A DNA stretch of 5,853 bases, taken from the NCBI RefSeq assembly GCF_006345805.1, contig NW_021829843.1:1-5853 (forward strand), given 5' to 3'. The stretch is from Octopus sinensis. Its lineage: Eukaryota. The notes beneath the pieces were generated by a model. The model ran no database searches. It was given only the letters and a program-made list of their open reading frames with translations, and had not been told where the DNA came from. Shown piece by piece: positions 5,541 through 5,853 of the stretch. Positions within the stretch are counted from its first letter, which is position 1, and each line of letters starts with the position of its first letter. A program made the translations under genes and the position numbers.

Positions 5541-5853
5541 TCTTTATAGGTATGCTTTTTAATTTTTTCTCCGCTTCCTCGCATACCGTTATTTTCTATT
5601 ATTTTGGTGCCTTCTGGGGGTTGAATTGAAACTTTAGCTCTCATTTCTATATGGGTTGATGCTCGCTGCATCCTTAAGGCTTCGTGTTATGTCCTGTTGT
5701 TATGTCCTGCTTTTATTTTTATTGTATTTTTTTATTGTATTTATATTTGTGCAACATTGTCCGTTTTTCCGTCCTTGTTTTTGTATACATTCGCTGATTT
5801 CTTCCAAGGAATCTAATGCTCTTAGCTTAGTTTTTCCTTGGGCTGGTTAGATT

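Overview
AT-rich, repeat-dense eukaryotic non-coding DNA with no intact gene. It is most likely from an octopus or other coleoid cephalopod; this is an inference from the SINE families, which resemble octopus tRNA-derived SINEs. The window holds several microsatellites and two SINE families: family A at 484-890 (+) and about 3921-4673 (-), and family B at about 1491-1715 (+), 2892-3087 (-) and 3099-3295 (-). It also holds a 5'-truncated RTE-clade LINE inserted with a target-site duplication into the B-box of the second family-A SINE, a Helitron-type 3' end (5015-5342, -) and a possible Tc1/mariner end. The most notable signal, invisible in the ORF track, is a set of type I hammerhead ribozyme folds on the + strand. 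Two are complete (2121-2199 and 2586-2691) and share the identical palindromic minimal stem III GAAACAATTGTC, while their stems I and II differ but each pairs internally. A 75-nt hairpin lies just upstream of the first, and a third, degenerate core lies at 5474-5537. These fit Penelope-like-element or retrozyme-type minimal hammerheads; activity is untested. Family names come from recall, not database searches.
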